In this document: in pieces, positions 30,149-38,999 of the stretch | Layout of the letters: each line of letters starts with the position of its first letter | Numbering within the stretch: position 1 is the stretch's first letter | Assembly (NCBI GenBank): GCA_043818055.1 | Contig: JBDRGF010000141.1 | Coordinates: 1 to 64,000, forward strand | From: Pseudomonadota bacterium | GTDB lineage: Bacteria; UBA10199; 2-02-FULL-44-16; JBDRGF01 | Direction: 5' to 3' | Length of the DNA stretch: 64,000 bases | Made by a program: the position numbers and the translations under genes | The notes under the pieces: model-generated | The model's database searches: none | The model's input: the letters and a program-made list of their open reading frames with translations, nothing else | Told to the model about the DNA's origin: nothing

Positions 30149-30197
30149 CCCTTCCCCCTGAACGGGGGAAGGTGCCCGCAGGGCGGATGGGGGTGAG
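30149..30197 (+). repeat. Double-hairpin repeat, copy 3
   Basis: CCCTTCCCCC-tgaac-GGGGGAAGG-TGCCC-gca-GGGC-GGATGGGGGTGAG. Confidence 0.85.
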
Positions 30198-30225
30198 CTC
30201 TATTTGTTAGAGGAGTGAGAGAAGT

Positions 30226-30825
30226 CTACAATTCTCCCAACTTGTTGATCAATTTTTCCACCTGCTTTTGTGTTTTGTCGATCGAAGCGCTGTTATCTAT
30301 TGTATAATCAGCTGAGTCGATTTTCTGCCCCATCGGAATCTGCGAATCCATAGCTAGTTTGAGAGTCTCTTCATCCCAGGCGAATTTATTTTTGCAACGC
30401 TTGAGCTGCTCATCCTTTTCGCATGTCACCACGATTACAACATCCATAAGATCTTCCCATCCTACTTCAAAGAGCAAAGGGACTTCGATTATCACTGATT
30501 TAGCGTTGTGCTTTGTAAGCTTTGATATTTCAATTTCTATTTCCTCCTTCACCTTCGGATGAAGCAATTTTTCCAAAAACCTTTTTTCTTCCTTGTCGCT
30601 GAATATAATTCTGGCAAGATTTTCACCGGATATATGATCCTTCTTTCCGAGGATAATACTGCCGAAATGTTCAAAGAGAATCTTCCATGTGTGTGAGTGA
30701 GGTTTCATGAGATCATGGACGATCTCATCCGCGTTGATGACGGGGAGTCCTAGTTCCTTGAAAAAAGCTGTGACAGTCGATTTGCCCGTTCCAATGTTGC
30801 CGGTGATTGCAATTTTCCTAGCCAT
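30226..30825 (-). CDS. coaE: Dephospho-CoA kinase
   Basis: IAITGNIGTGKSTV, ADEIVH, LE..LHP.V, EVPLLFE, AD..IDN. Confidence 0.93.
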   Translation of the reverse strand: MARKIAITGNIGTGKSTVTAFFKELGLPVINADEIVHDLMKPHSHTWKILFEHFGSIILGKKDHISGENLARIIFSDKEEKRFLEKLLHPKVKEEIEIEISKLTKHNAKSVIIEVPLLFEVGWEDLMDVVIVVTCEKDEQLKRCKNKFAWDEETLKLAMDSQIPMGQKIDSADYTIDNSASIDKTQKQVEKLINKLGEL

Positions 30826-31264
30826 CGTTTTGCTCCTTATCTTTCTTAAATGCACACAATACATCGACCGCGGCCCTAGTGCCGATCTCTCCCAAACTTA
30901 CCAGTTTTTCTATTATTTCGCTCTCTTCAGATTGGCTGCATATGAGAAGCTTTGTCGCAAGAGAAGCTGCTTCTTCCCAGTTCTCGCTGAATTTCGCATG
31001 TACCTGCTTTATCTCAGGCTCCAACAGCTCCTGCTGCTCCATCGTCCATGAGACGATATCGACAAGATCCTCTTTCTTCCAATCGTGCGATGTTAGCTCT
31101 TTTGATTTGATTATTTTTTCGTAGAGTTCTTTATTTTCGGGGGCTAGTTCGATGGCCTTTTTATAATGCTTGATCGCAGCCTGCCATTTTTCTTTGGCGA
31201 ATGCCTCGTCACCTTTTTGTTGAAGCGATTTAGCCTTTTTTAAACTATCATCCTTTTTCTTCAT
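30818..31264 (-). CDS. TPR-containing protein
   Basis: KG.EAF....WQAAIKHYKKAIELAPEN TPR unit; overlaps both neighbouring genes. Confidence 0.75.
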   Translation of the reverse strand: MKKKDDSLKKAKSLQQKGDEAFAKEKWQAAIKHYKKAIELAPENKELYEKIIKSKELTSHDWKKEDLVDIVSWTMEQQELLEPEIKQVHAKFSENWEEAASLATKLLICSQSEESEIIEKLVSLGEIGTRAAVDVLCAFKKDKEQNDG

Positions 31265-32624
31265 CGATGATCCTCTGAGCCTCTTTTATTAAAATATCCG
31301 GTTCGTTCATCTCAGGATTGTCCAGCACCACTTCTACTAGTTTATTCATAATTTGTCCAATAATTGGTCCCTCTTGGATATTTAGTTTCATAAGATCATG
31401 GCCATTTATTTTTAAATCCTTAGCACCAAACGGCGGTTTTTTAGCCAACTCCTCTCGTATTCGTGATCTCAGCTTCTCCACACCCCGCGTGCTCATCGGG
31501 TGCTTTCCCCCTCTGTTATCGGCAAGTCTAAAGTCGAGCAGGAGAAAGATGTTCTCCTGTCCGACCTTCGAGACGAATCTGCGAATAGCCCGATCGGTGA
31601 AGTGTGACTTAGTTTCAAACATGTGATTTTCAATGATTGAACAGACGAGCTGTATATCAACATTACACGTGGTTGCTTTGAGGCGCTGTAAAATTCGTTT
31701 TGCAAGCCTTGCAGATACTATCTGATGGCCAAAGAATACGATCGCTTTAGCTTGTTCATCGTATCGCTTGGTCTTTTTCTTGCCAATGTCGTGCAAGAGT
31801 GCTGCAAAGAGGAGGTTTAAGTTTCCCCTGTTTTCAACCATATCGTCGTTTGCCGCTGCATCTAGTACGCGCATCGTATGGTCATAGACATCCTCTCCCG
31901 GCTGTTTATCCTGTTCAATATCTTTGAGGGCAGCGACTTCGGGGAAGATAATCTGCAAAAGTCCCGTCTCATACATCGCGTCGATGCCGATGGATGGTTT
32001 TTTTGCTCTAAAAAGTTTTGTAAGCTCAGCTATGATCCTCTCGGAAGAGACGGAATTAATCAACTCTGCATGACTCCTGATCGAATCGAATGTTGCCTCA
32101 TCAATTTTAAAGTTGAGGCGCGAAGCGAATTGTATGGCTCTGAGCATACGAAGAGGGTCATCTTCAAATGCCTTGGGAAAGACTTGCCTGATAAGTCTTT
32201 TCTCGATATCGGATTTGCCGTTGAATGGATCGATCAGTAATTCATTTTCCAAATCATAAGCCATAGCGTTTACTGTGAAATCCCTTCTTCCGAGATCATC
32301 TTCCACCTTAAGGGTATGATCGAAGTCGACTTTGAAATCCTTGTGCCCGACGCCAGTTGAGAATTCCTTGCGGGGGAGGGCGATATCAATCTCCTTATCC
32401 GTTTCCTGATGAGGATAGAACTTGACGACGCCAAACGATTTTCCGACGAGCATGACCTTTCCAAATGGCTTGAGTGTCGATATCAGCGAATCGATAGGGA
32501 GGTTGCGAATGAGGTAATCGAGATCCTTTCGCTCTCTGCCCATCAATCGGTCCCTGATAGTGCCTCCGACCTCGTAAATTTGAGCGCCATTGGCTATGAG
32601 TGCTTTTTGATACGGTTTCATCAT
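31248..32624 (-). CDS. cca: tRNA nucleotidyltransferase (CCA- or A-adding) with HD domain
   Basis: YEVGG.IRD.L, D.DY, DL.RRDFTVNAMA, DPLRMLRA.QF, ALLHDIGK. Confidence 0.9.
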   Translation of the reverse strand: MMKPYQKALIANGAQIYEVGGTIRDRLMGRERKDLDYLIRNLPIDSLISTLKPFGKVMLVGKSFGVVKFYPHQETDKEIDIALPRKEFSTGVGHKDFKVDFDHTLKVEDDLGRRDFTVNAMAYDLENELLIDPFNGKSDIEKRLIRQVFPKAFEDDPLRMLRAIQFASRLNFKIDEATFDSIRSHAELINSVSSERIIAELTKLFRAKKPSIGIDAMYETGLLQIIFPEVAALKDIEQDKQPGEDVYDHTMRVLDAAANDDMVENRGNLNLLFAALLHDIGKKKTKRYDEQAKAIVFFGHQIVSARLAKRILQRLKATTCNVDIQLVCSIIENHMFETKSHFTDRAIRRFVSKVGQENIFLLLDFRLADNRGGKHPMSTRGVEKLRSRIREELAKKPPFGAKDLKINGHDLMKLNIQEGPIIGQIMNKLVEVVLDNPEMNEPDILIKEAQRIIDEEKG

Positions 32625-32634
32625 TAAGAGTATG

Positions 32635-33609
32635 TTAGAGGGAGAGCAGCTGTTGTATGTTGGCATTCAGTCTGGCCTTCATGAGCCAGCTGTTAAGAAA
32701 TGATGGTCCTTCTTTGGGTTCGCTTTTCTTCGCCGTGACATCTTTTAGCCTGACCAGATAAATTTTCCCAGCCAGTTCAAACGGTTTTTCAGCGACAGGG
32801 TTTTCTTTCGTCAAAGTGAATATCTCGACGTATTCGTCGAATCCCCCTCTGCCATAAAGGAGTTTGTTTCTCTGTGATATTCCCGCAACCTCGGTTTCTT
32901 TCAGTTCAAGGCCATATTTTTTTGCGACTTTATTCCACTCATTCTCCCCTTTGGTGTTCAGGATACTGTGTGCGATGTTTTTTGCCTCTATTTCATCTGT
33001 GATCTTCTTCTCGTCGAGGAGTCTCTTCGGGTCGATCTCAATTTCCACAAAGGTCCAGGAATTGACCATATCCTCAGGATTATTCAAAAGGGTAGGCTCG
33101 GTAAAGAGCTTACTCACTGTCTGAAGCTTCATGTCATCCCTTCGCAAACTCTCTAAATTAAGGCCATATCGCATCCTGAAATATTCAAGATTTTCCAGAT
33201 ATAATTTCATATTTTCAGGGTTTTTTGTTCCAATCTCTCCATTTATTATGCTCTCAGTCAGTTCCAGATCGGAAATCTTTATTCCCAGCTGGTTTGCCAG
33301 GTTGAGCCTGACTTGACGATTGATGAGGGCGTTCAACACGCTCTGCTTGATGTACGGTTCAAACTGCTCGCGGCTTTGTTGATCCTTCATCTCCTTAGAA
33401 AACATCTGCCATTGCTGGCCAAACATGAGCTTGAACAGCCCGATGCTGACATTAGACCCATCCACGCTCACTAAGGTAGCCTGATTGTCATTTTGGGGCG
33501 CTCTGCTTATCCTCGACCAGCCATAGAAGAATACGAACACGAGGACGATGGCACCAAGCATAAACTTGATAAGCCAAGACTTTGAATGTTTTCTCATTAT
33601 ATCTAACAT
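32635..33609 (-). CDS. SurA-N-domain protein (PpiD-like periplasmic chaperone)
   Basis: MLD.MRK...SW.IK..LGAI..VFV..G N-terminus; V.V.G..V; LI.......A..LGI.ISD.EL...I. Confidence 0.8.
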   Translation of the reverse strand: MLDIMRKHSKSWLIKFMLGAIVLVFVFFYGWSRISRAPQNDNQATLVSVDGSNVSIGLFKLMFGQQWQMFSKEMKDQQSREQFEPYIKQSVLNALINRQVRLNLANQLGIKISDLELTESIINGEIGTKNPENMKLYLENLEYFRMRYGLNLESLRRDDMKLQTVSKLFTEPTLLNNPEDMVNSWTFVEIEIDPKRLLDEKKITDEIEAKNIAHSILNTKGENEWNKVAKKYGLELKETEVAGISQRNKLLYGRGGFDEYVEIFTLTKENPVAEKPFELAGKIYLVRLKDVTAKKSEPKEGPSFLNSWLMKARLNANIQQLLSL

Positions 33610-33655
33610 GTCGCGCAACTTATAGAAACTTATGGGAGAAATCAACAGGAAAAGC

Positions 33656-33762
33656 AAAAAACGCATGTAGCATGAAATTCGTGAAGCGTGAAACGTTGGT
33701 CGAAAGACTAAAATAATTTCCTTGCGCTTCACGCTTCATGCAATCATGCCACATGCGCCTTT
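33656..33762. repeat. MITE-like palindromic element with imperfect terminal IRs of about 38 bp
   Basis: Left arm AAAAACGCATGTAGCATGAAATTCGTGAAGCGTGAAACG; right arm reverse complement AAAGGCGCATGTGGCATGATTGCATGAAGCGTGAAGCG. Overlaps the rsmE 3' end. Confidence 0.85.
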
Positions 33763-34491
33763 ATTAAGATTTCCCAACTTATATTGACACAACGTAATCG
33801 CAGCGATTGCAGCTGTCTCGACCCTTAGGATCTGTGGGCCTAAGCTTACAGATATCGCGCCCTGAGAGCGAGCCATTTTAACTTCGTCTTGTGCGAATCC
33901 TCCCTCGGGTCCGATAATTATGAGAGGTTTTGCGGTATCCTTTGTGAATGCGCGATCGAGTGTGTTTTCGGTCTCTCCCTCCCAGAAGATGAATTTTGAG
34001 TGATAGCTTCCCAGTTGCTCGCAGAGGTGATGGAATTCGATCGGGGGATATACGACCGGTTTCAAGGGGAGGCCGGATTGTATGGCTGCAGAGAGTGCGA
34101 TTGAGTTCCAGCGTTCTAGCTTTTTAGATGTTGCGCTCTGAGAAAACTTTGGGACAGTTCTTTCGCTCTTAAATGTGACAATCTTAGGCGTACCTAATTC
34201 CACTGCCTTTTGTATTATCAGCTCTAATTTGTCATGTTTTGTAATAGCGATAGCCAGCGTTGGAAGATTTGATGTGTCGATCGTTGGGCGCTCATCTTCG
34301 ATCGTTACAGTTAGCTCTTTTCGCCTTACATCCATTATTCGTGAATTATAAGAGCGACCCTTTCCATCCGAGAGGGCGATCCAGTCGCCTGTTTTCAGAC
34401 GGAGCACGTTGATGATATGGTGTGCCTCTGGCCCTTTGAGAATGATCTCGGTTCCTTCTGAAATATTCTCTCCTATAAAGAATTGTGGCAT
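33736..34491 (-). CDS. rsmE: 16S rRNA m3U1498 methyltransferase
   Basis: HI..VLRL..GD, IIQKAVELG, IGPEGGF, SLGPQILRVETA. Confidence 0.95.
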   Translation of the reverse strand: MPQFFIGENISEGTEIILKGPEAHHIINVLRLKTGDWIALSDGKGRSYNSRIMDVRRKELTVTIEDERPTIDTSNLPTLAIAITKHDKLELIIQKAVELGTPKIVTFKSERTVPKFSQSATSKKLERWNSIALSAAIQSGLPLKPVVYPPIEFHHLCEQLGSYHSKFIFWEGETENTLDRAFTKDTAKPLIIIGPEGGFAQDEVKMARSQGAISVSLGPQILRVETAAIAAITLCQYKLGNLNKGACGMIA

Positions 34492-34509
34492 ATATTTATC
34501 CTTTCACAA

Positions 34510-34558
34510 CTCACCCCCATCCGGCCGCTGGCCACCTTCCCCCGTAAAGGGGGAAGGG
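34510..34558 (-). repeat. Double-hairpin repeat, copy 4
   Basis: Minus strand CCCTTCCCCC-tttac-GGGGGAAGG-TGGCC-agc-GGCC-GGATGGGGGTGAG. Confidence 0.85.
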
Positions 34559-34645
34559 CATAGATGTAGAGATTTTTTTAATGCAATTTTGTTGGGAGTT
34601 TATATACTGCGCAGAATAAATCAAGGAATCAGAATCGGGGGGATT

Positions 34646-35281
34646 ATGGAAAACAGGTGGGAGGGTAAACAGGGAAGCTGGCCGAATCGATTTTATGCCA
34701 CGTTAAAAAATTCTCTACTTCATCCAACGGCGTTTTTTTCAGAGATCGCAAAAGGGGATAACTTTGCGAGCCCGATCCTATATGCTCTTGTGAATTCAGC
34801 TATACTTATTTTCGTCTCTGCGCTCTTCAGCTACGCCGTCAAATTTCACCTCTTGCCGACTGTGGGAATGAAGCTGACCAGCCCAAGCGTTGCCTCAGGT
34901 TTTTTTGCAGGCCCCGGGGCACTTGCTATCGCTATTTTTATCATCCCGTTTGTGGTAGTTGGTTATTTTATAACCGCCGCGCTCTTTCACATGGGTTTAT
35001 ACATAGTGGGAGGGGTAAAACAGTCATTTATCGCCACATTTCGGGTTGTCTGCTATTCAACGGGAGCCCAGCTCTTTGCTATAATCCCGTTCTTAGGAGG
35101 GATCGTCGCAGGTATCTGGATGCTTGTGCTTCATATGATCGGTTTGAAGATCGTCCATGAAACTGATTTTCTGCGCGCTGCCTTTGCTGTTCTTCTTCCT
35201 GTCCTACTATGCTGCGGCATACTGATCTTCCTCTTCACAGGCATCCTTGCCGGTGGACTTTTAGCGGCGTTGATTGGGTGA
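34646..35281 (+). CDS. YIP1 family membrane protein
   Basis: T....LLHPTAFF, F.ATFRVVCYS, IP..G......W, GL..VH.....RA..AVL.P; several TM segments; GGGGG RBS. Confidence 0.8.
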   Translation: MENRWEGKQGSWPNRFYATLKNSLLHPTAFFSEIAKGDNFASPILYALVNSAILIFVSALFSYAVKFHLLPTVGMKLTSPSVASGFFAGPGALAIAIFIIPFVVVGYFITAALFHMGLYIVGGVKQSFIATFRVVCYSTGAQLFAIIPFLGGIVAGIWMLVLHMIGLKIVHETDFLRAAFAVLLPVLLCCGILIFLFTGILAGGLLAALIG

Positions 35282-35397
35282 GGGAAAACTAAAAGCGCAT
35301 GTAGAATAATGTAGTATGTGGTACACGCTTGGTGTGAATTTCATTTTTCATTTAGATTATCAGTCTTTCTCCTTTTTTTAAATGGACATTATAACGG

Positions 35398-35495
35398 TTT
35401 ACTCTAAGATACCCGATGTCATGTCACTTAAAGTAAAACGTGCCAATATTGACATTTTACTCTAAGTTAGTTATATTGTTCCATCTTAGAGTAAA
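35398..35495 (+). promoter_or_regulatory. Two tandem operators (TTTACTCTAAG-N18-CTTARAGTAAA) overlapping a sigma70 promoter
   Basis: IR pairs at 35398-35437 and 35456-35495; TTGACA(35449)-17-TATATT(35472); AGGAGG RBS. Confidence 0.75.
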
Positions 35496-35510
35496 AAGAG
35501 AGGAGGTGTT

Positions 35511-36908
35511 ATGTTTGTTGGGAGGGAGAGGGAATTAGAGCTGCTAAATCAATGTTACAAAGAGAAAAAAGCACATTTTTCTGTAATTTATGGGAGAAGA
35601 AGGATAGGTAAAACCGCATTAATAGAGAAATATTGTGAAGGTAGGAGGTCATTCAATTATACAGCCCTTAAAACTACCAAATCAAAACAGATAAAAAACT
35701 TTCTTTTGGATTTCTCTAATTTCGTAAAGGATCCTTTAATTGCATCAGCGCCGTTCAACTCCTGGCGTGAAGTCTTCGATTTAATCCTGAAGTATCTGCC
35801 TAAAGGGAAAACAATAATTGTTTTAGATGAATTTCAATGGATGTGTAAATCCGATTTGTCTCTTCTTTCTGTTATACAATTTATTTGGGATAAACATTGG
35901 CAAAAGGATAGTAATATACATCTCATACTATGCGGTTCATCTACAAGTTTCATGCTTGATGAGGTTTTATCTCATAAGAGCCCTCTGTTTGGTCGGAGAA
36001 CCCAAACAATAGAGTTGGGTCCGCTTACTCCGATAGAAGCCAAGAAGATGCTTAATGTAAAAAGTAATTATGAAGCTACTGAATATTTAATGTGTGTTGG
36101 AGCTATTCCTGGCTATCTTCTTCTGATAGATAATAATTTTTCCTTTGAACAGAATATTAACCGTTTGGCTTTTTGTAAAAACAGCTATTTTATAGATGAA
36201 CTCAAATATATTTTGTCGGATCAATTAAAGCAGCCTACCACTTATTACAAAATCCTACGCTATCTATGCTTAAAGCCTCATTCACATAAAGAATTATCGG
36301 AGCTTACTAATATATCGTCCGGTTCAATGAGTTATTATCTCGATCGTTTAAAAGCACTTCGTATAATAGAAGAATATAGGCCAATATTACTTTCTGATAC
36401 AGCAAAAACCATTCAATATAAAATAACGGATGAATATGTCAGGTTCTATTTTAATTTTATTAAACCTAATTTACAAGTTATAGCCAAAAATAAGGATAAA
36501 TATATTTTCGATAGAATTGTGTCAAAAAAATGGGACGCCTTTTGTGGTATAGCTTTTGAAAGGTTTTGCTTTAGAAATATAGAAAGCATTATCGATAAAC
36601 TGAAGATTGAATCCTTATATACTGGATATGGACCGTATTGGCATAAAAAGAGTGTTCGACACGGTTTTGGAGTGCAAATTGACATGGTTATCGAAAGAAG
36701 GGACAAAATGAGCATGATAGTTGAGTGTAAGTGGTCACAAGAAAAGATTGGATATAATATATTCACCGAGCTTGATAATAAATGCTCAAAATATCCAAAT
36801 ACTAAGAAACATAAATTGAGAAAAGTTGCTATTTCATCCTGTGGCGTGACAAATAATTTAATCGATCATCCAGAATTAGATGTAATTACTCTCGATGATT
36901 TTTATTAG
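35511..36908 (+). CDS. Archaeal-type AAA ATPase + wHTH + DUF234-like PD-(D/E)xK nuclease
   Basis: FVGRERELE.L, YGRRRIGKT (Walker A), IVLDEFQ (Walker B), LCGSS, PLFGRRT, Y.I.D.Y..FYF.FI, QID.V...ECKW. Confidence 0.88.
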   Translation: MFVGRERELELLNQCYKEKKAHFSVIYGRRRIGKTALIEKYCEGRRSFNYTALKTTKSKQIKNFLLDFSNFVKDPLIASAPFNSWREVFDLILKYLPKGKTIIVLDEFQWMCKSDLSLLSVIQFIWDKHWQKDSNIHLILCGSSTSFMLDEVLSHKSPLFGRRTQTIELGPLTPIEAKKMLNVKSNYEATEYLMCVGAIPGYLLLIDNNFSFEQNINRLAFCKNSYFIDELKYILSDQLKQPTTYYKILRYLCLKPHSHKELSELTNISSGSMSYYLDRLKALRIIEEYRPILLSDTAKTIQYKITDEYVRFYFNFIKPNLQVIAKNKDKYIFDRIVSKKWDAFCGIAFERFCFRNIESIIDKLKIESLYTGYGPYWHKKSVRHGFGVQIDMVIERRDKMSMIVECKWSQEKIGYNIFTELDNKCSKYPNTKKHKLRKVAISSCGVTNNLIDHPELDVITLDDFY

Positions 36909-36934
36909 AGATCAATTCATGATGCGATTTTGAT

Positions 36935-37699
36935 TCATTTCACTTCAGAAAACCCTTTTAGACGGAGTTCTGCGAGGATTTCGTTTGAATCTTTAGTTAG
37001 TCCTAGAAGCGCGTCCTTGAGTTTATCGGCGTATTTCCAGTTTTGATTCAACAAAAACAACTGAGCAGTGGGAATAGGTTTTGACAGGGTGATCCTTTTG
37101 ATGTTTTCGCTCCATTTTGGTTTTAACATCTCGATCGAGTGAACCTCGAATGGTGTGAGGATTGCCGCGCCTTTGGTTTCTCCTGATGCGATCTGTCTTA
37201 GTATGCTGAGCATCTTGTCGGTTGTGATCACTTTCGCTGTGGCTGGAATCTTTATCTCGGGAAAGAGGGTGGCGTTGATAAATTTTCTCTCCAACGGCTC
37301 GCTGGTGTAAATCGTGTTGAGATCTAGTTTTTGGGATCCATAAAGGGCGTAGTTCTCAATGGCCTTTCCGTGTGGCAGCGGGTTGGTCGAAAGAAGTGGT
37401 TTTGCCTGTGGCAGCTGACTTTTAAATTTCTCCCATGTTGGATAGCTTATGATCGCAACAGGTGGCCGTTTCTTTTTGATGAACGCAATCCCTTCGCTCT
37501 CGGTGTTGATATACATCCCCTCGAGCTTCAATCCCTTGACCGATTCGTTTATCCCCTCGCAGAAAATTTCCAATACAGACTTTGCATCCTCCGTTGAACC
37601 AGCACCGCCAGGATACCAGAATAAAAAGGTATCCGCCTTTGCGATATTCCATGACAGCATGATTATGATAAACGCTATGGCTTTAAAAAATCTGTTCAT
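36935..37699 (-). CDS. Secreted protein, possibly a PhnD/SsuA-like substrate-binding protein
   Basis: Signal peptide; L..IASGE..AAIL and S..IP near the C-terminus are weakly PBP2-like. Confidence 0.5.
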   Translation of the reverse strand: MNRFFKAIAFIIIMLSWNIAKADTFLFWYPGGAGSTEDAKSVLEIFCEGINESVKGLKLEGMYINTESEGIAFIKKKRPPVAIISYPTWEKFKSQLPQAKPLLSTNPLPHGKAIENYALYGSQKLDLNTIYTSEPLERKFINATLFPEIKIPATAKVITTDKMLSILRQIASGETKGAAILTPFEVHSIEMLKPKWSENIKRITLSKPIPTAQLFLLNQNWKYADKLKDALLGLTKDSNEILAELRLKGFSEVK

Positions 37700-37716
37700 G
37701 AACTCTCTCTTTCATT

Positions 37717-38901
37717 TTAATCTATTTTCCTGAGTGCATCGGACGGGATATGATTAAACTTTCCGATCATCTCTTTTATTACATCTCCTCCAGTGCGAAA
37801 GCCCAGAGCTACAATAGCTGGTATCAGCAGGAAGGCCAGAAATACAGAGTAGATGATCTGGTGTTTCAATCTGACCGGTCTTGCATTTGCAAGCCATGAG
37901 AAGAATTCAGAGACGCTCTTTGCAGCGAGGATGCAAAGAGGTGGTAGTATCTGGATGAGATGATAGCTCTCTGTAGTGTAAGCGATAAGAACGACGAGGA
38001 GGCTAAAACAAAACCAGTTGATAAGAAAAATCTGCAACAGGTTCTCGCCTGAAAATCTCAAACACTCTCTTATTCCAAAGTACCATATGAAGATTGTAGC
38101 GGGAATGAACCATGCCATTTCATGCAGAGCGTTTATCACGCGATTGCTAATTAGAAACACCTGTTGATCGAAAATGGTATTGAGAATCAGATGATCCAAA
38201 TTTCCCCATAGATCGAGGGCAAAAACCGCTACGAGGCATAGGAGAAAGAGGAGCGCCAAACCGAGTAAAAAATGTATAGTGCATTTCAAGCCGGTTATGA
38301 AATGAGAGATCCCCTTAACAAGTGGCGTGATGAACAGAGATAATATCGCGATGCTGACTAGATAGATGATGGTATGATATTCAAAGAGGCATGCAATGCC
38401 AAATAAAAAGCCGCTCAGCCAGAGCGATCTTAGTTTAGTATTATGGGCCCATCCTATAAGATAATAAAAGCTCAAAGAGAGTGGCAAAATCATGAGTAGA
38501 GTGGAGGATGTAGCTATAAAATCCGACTTGTACGATGTAGAGAAGAGGGTGAAGAGAACCGCCGCGATGATTCCGACCCTTTCTCCATAGACCCTTTTTG
38601 CTATTCCAAAGCAGATGAGACTCGTCAGTGTTGTCCATAATATGAGAATGCCGTGCAACGCGATCATGTTGTCATGTCCAAATATCTTGAATATGAGAAC
38701 AAAGAAGAATGAGAGGCCGATGGGGGTTGAAGCGATGGAGTTGATTGCTGAGAGGCCATTTTCAATAATTCCATTTGCCAAAAGCGAAAGATGAGCCTCC
38801 TCAATGTTGATTATAGGTGTCCAAAGTGTGGAGAACCTTAAGAGTAGATTCAAAAATAATATTCCTATCGCGAGTTTGAAAAATTTGCTATTCCATTTCA
38901 T
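37717..38901 (-). CDS. ArnT/GT39-like membrane glycosyltransferase (degenerate)
   Basis: LR......EE (DE motif equivalent), IFKIFG, SGFLFGIACLF, HLIQILPPLCILA; many TM segments; divergent from a GT2 gene. Confidence 0.65.
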   Translation of the reverse strand: MKWNSKFFKLAIGILFLNLLLRFSTLWTPIINIEEAHLSLLANGIIENGLSAINSIASTPIGLSFFFVLIFKIFGHDNMIALHGILILWTTLTSLICFGIAKRVYGERVGIIAAVLFTLFSTSYKSDFIATSSTLLMILPLSLSFYYLIGWAHNTKLRSLWLSGFLFGIACLFEYHTIIYLVSIAILSLFITPLVKGISHFITGLKCTIHFLLGLALLFLLCLVAVFALDLWGNLDHLILNTIFDQQVFLISNRVINALHEMAWFIPATIFIWYFGIRECLRFSGENLLQIFLINWFCFSLLVVLIAYTTESYHLIQILPPLCILAAKSVSEFFSWLANARPVRLKHQIIYSVFLAFLLIPAIVALGFRTGGDVIKEMIGKFNHIPSDALRKID

Positions 38902-38999
38902 AGACCATAAGGATCGTGAAAATTCTTCAGGAAGTCAAGCGTATGAATCGACCTCTTAAACTTTGACACTCCATTATCACTGTGATAATCGATTTCGAT

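Noticed and set aside
20487..34558. Repeated hairpins as a CRISPR array
   Set aside because: Copies are kilobases apart, with no regular spacers and no cas genes in the window.
34409..34645. N-terminal extension of the YIP1 ORF; likewise the extensions at 33610-33732 and 15300-15362
   Set aside because: These read through palindromic repeats or an opposite-strand gene; family-typical N-termini start downstream.
35430..35446. TTGGCACG on the minus strand, resembling a sigma54 -24 box
   Set aside because: No GC at the -12 position (TTGGCACGTTTTACTTT), and it points antisense into the YIP1 gene.
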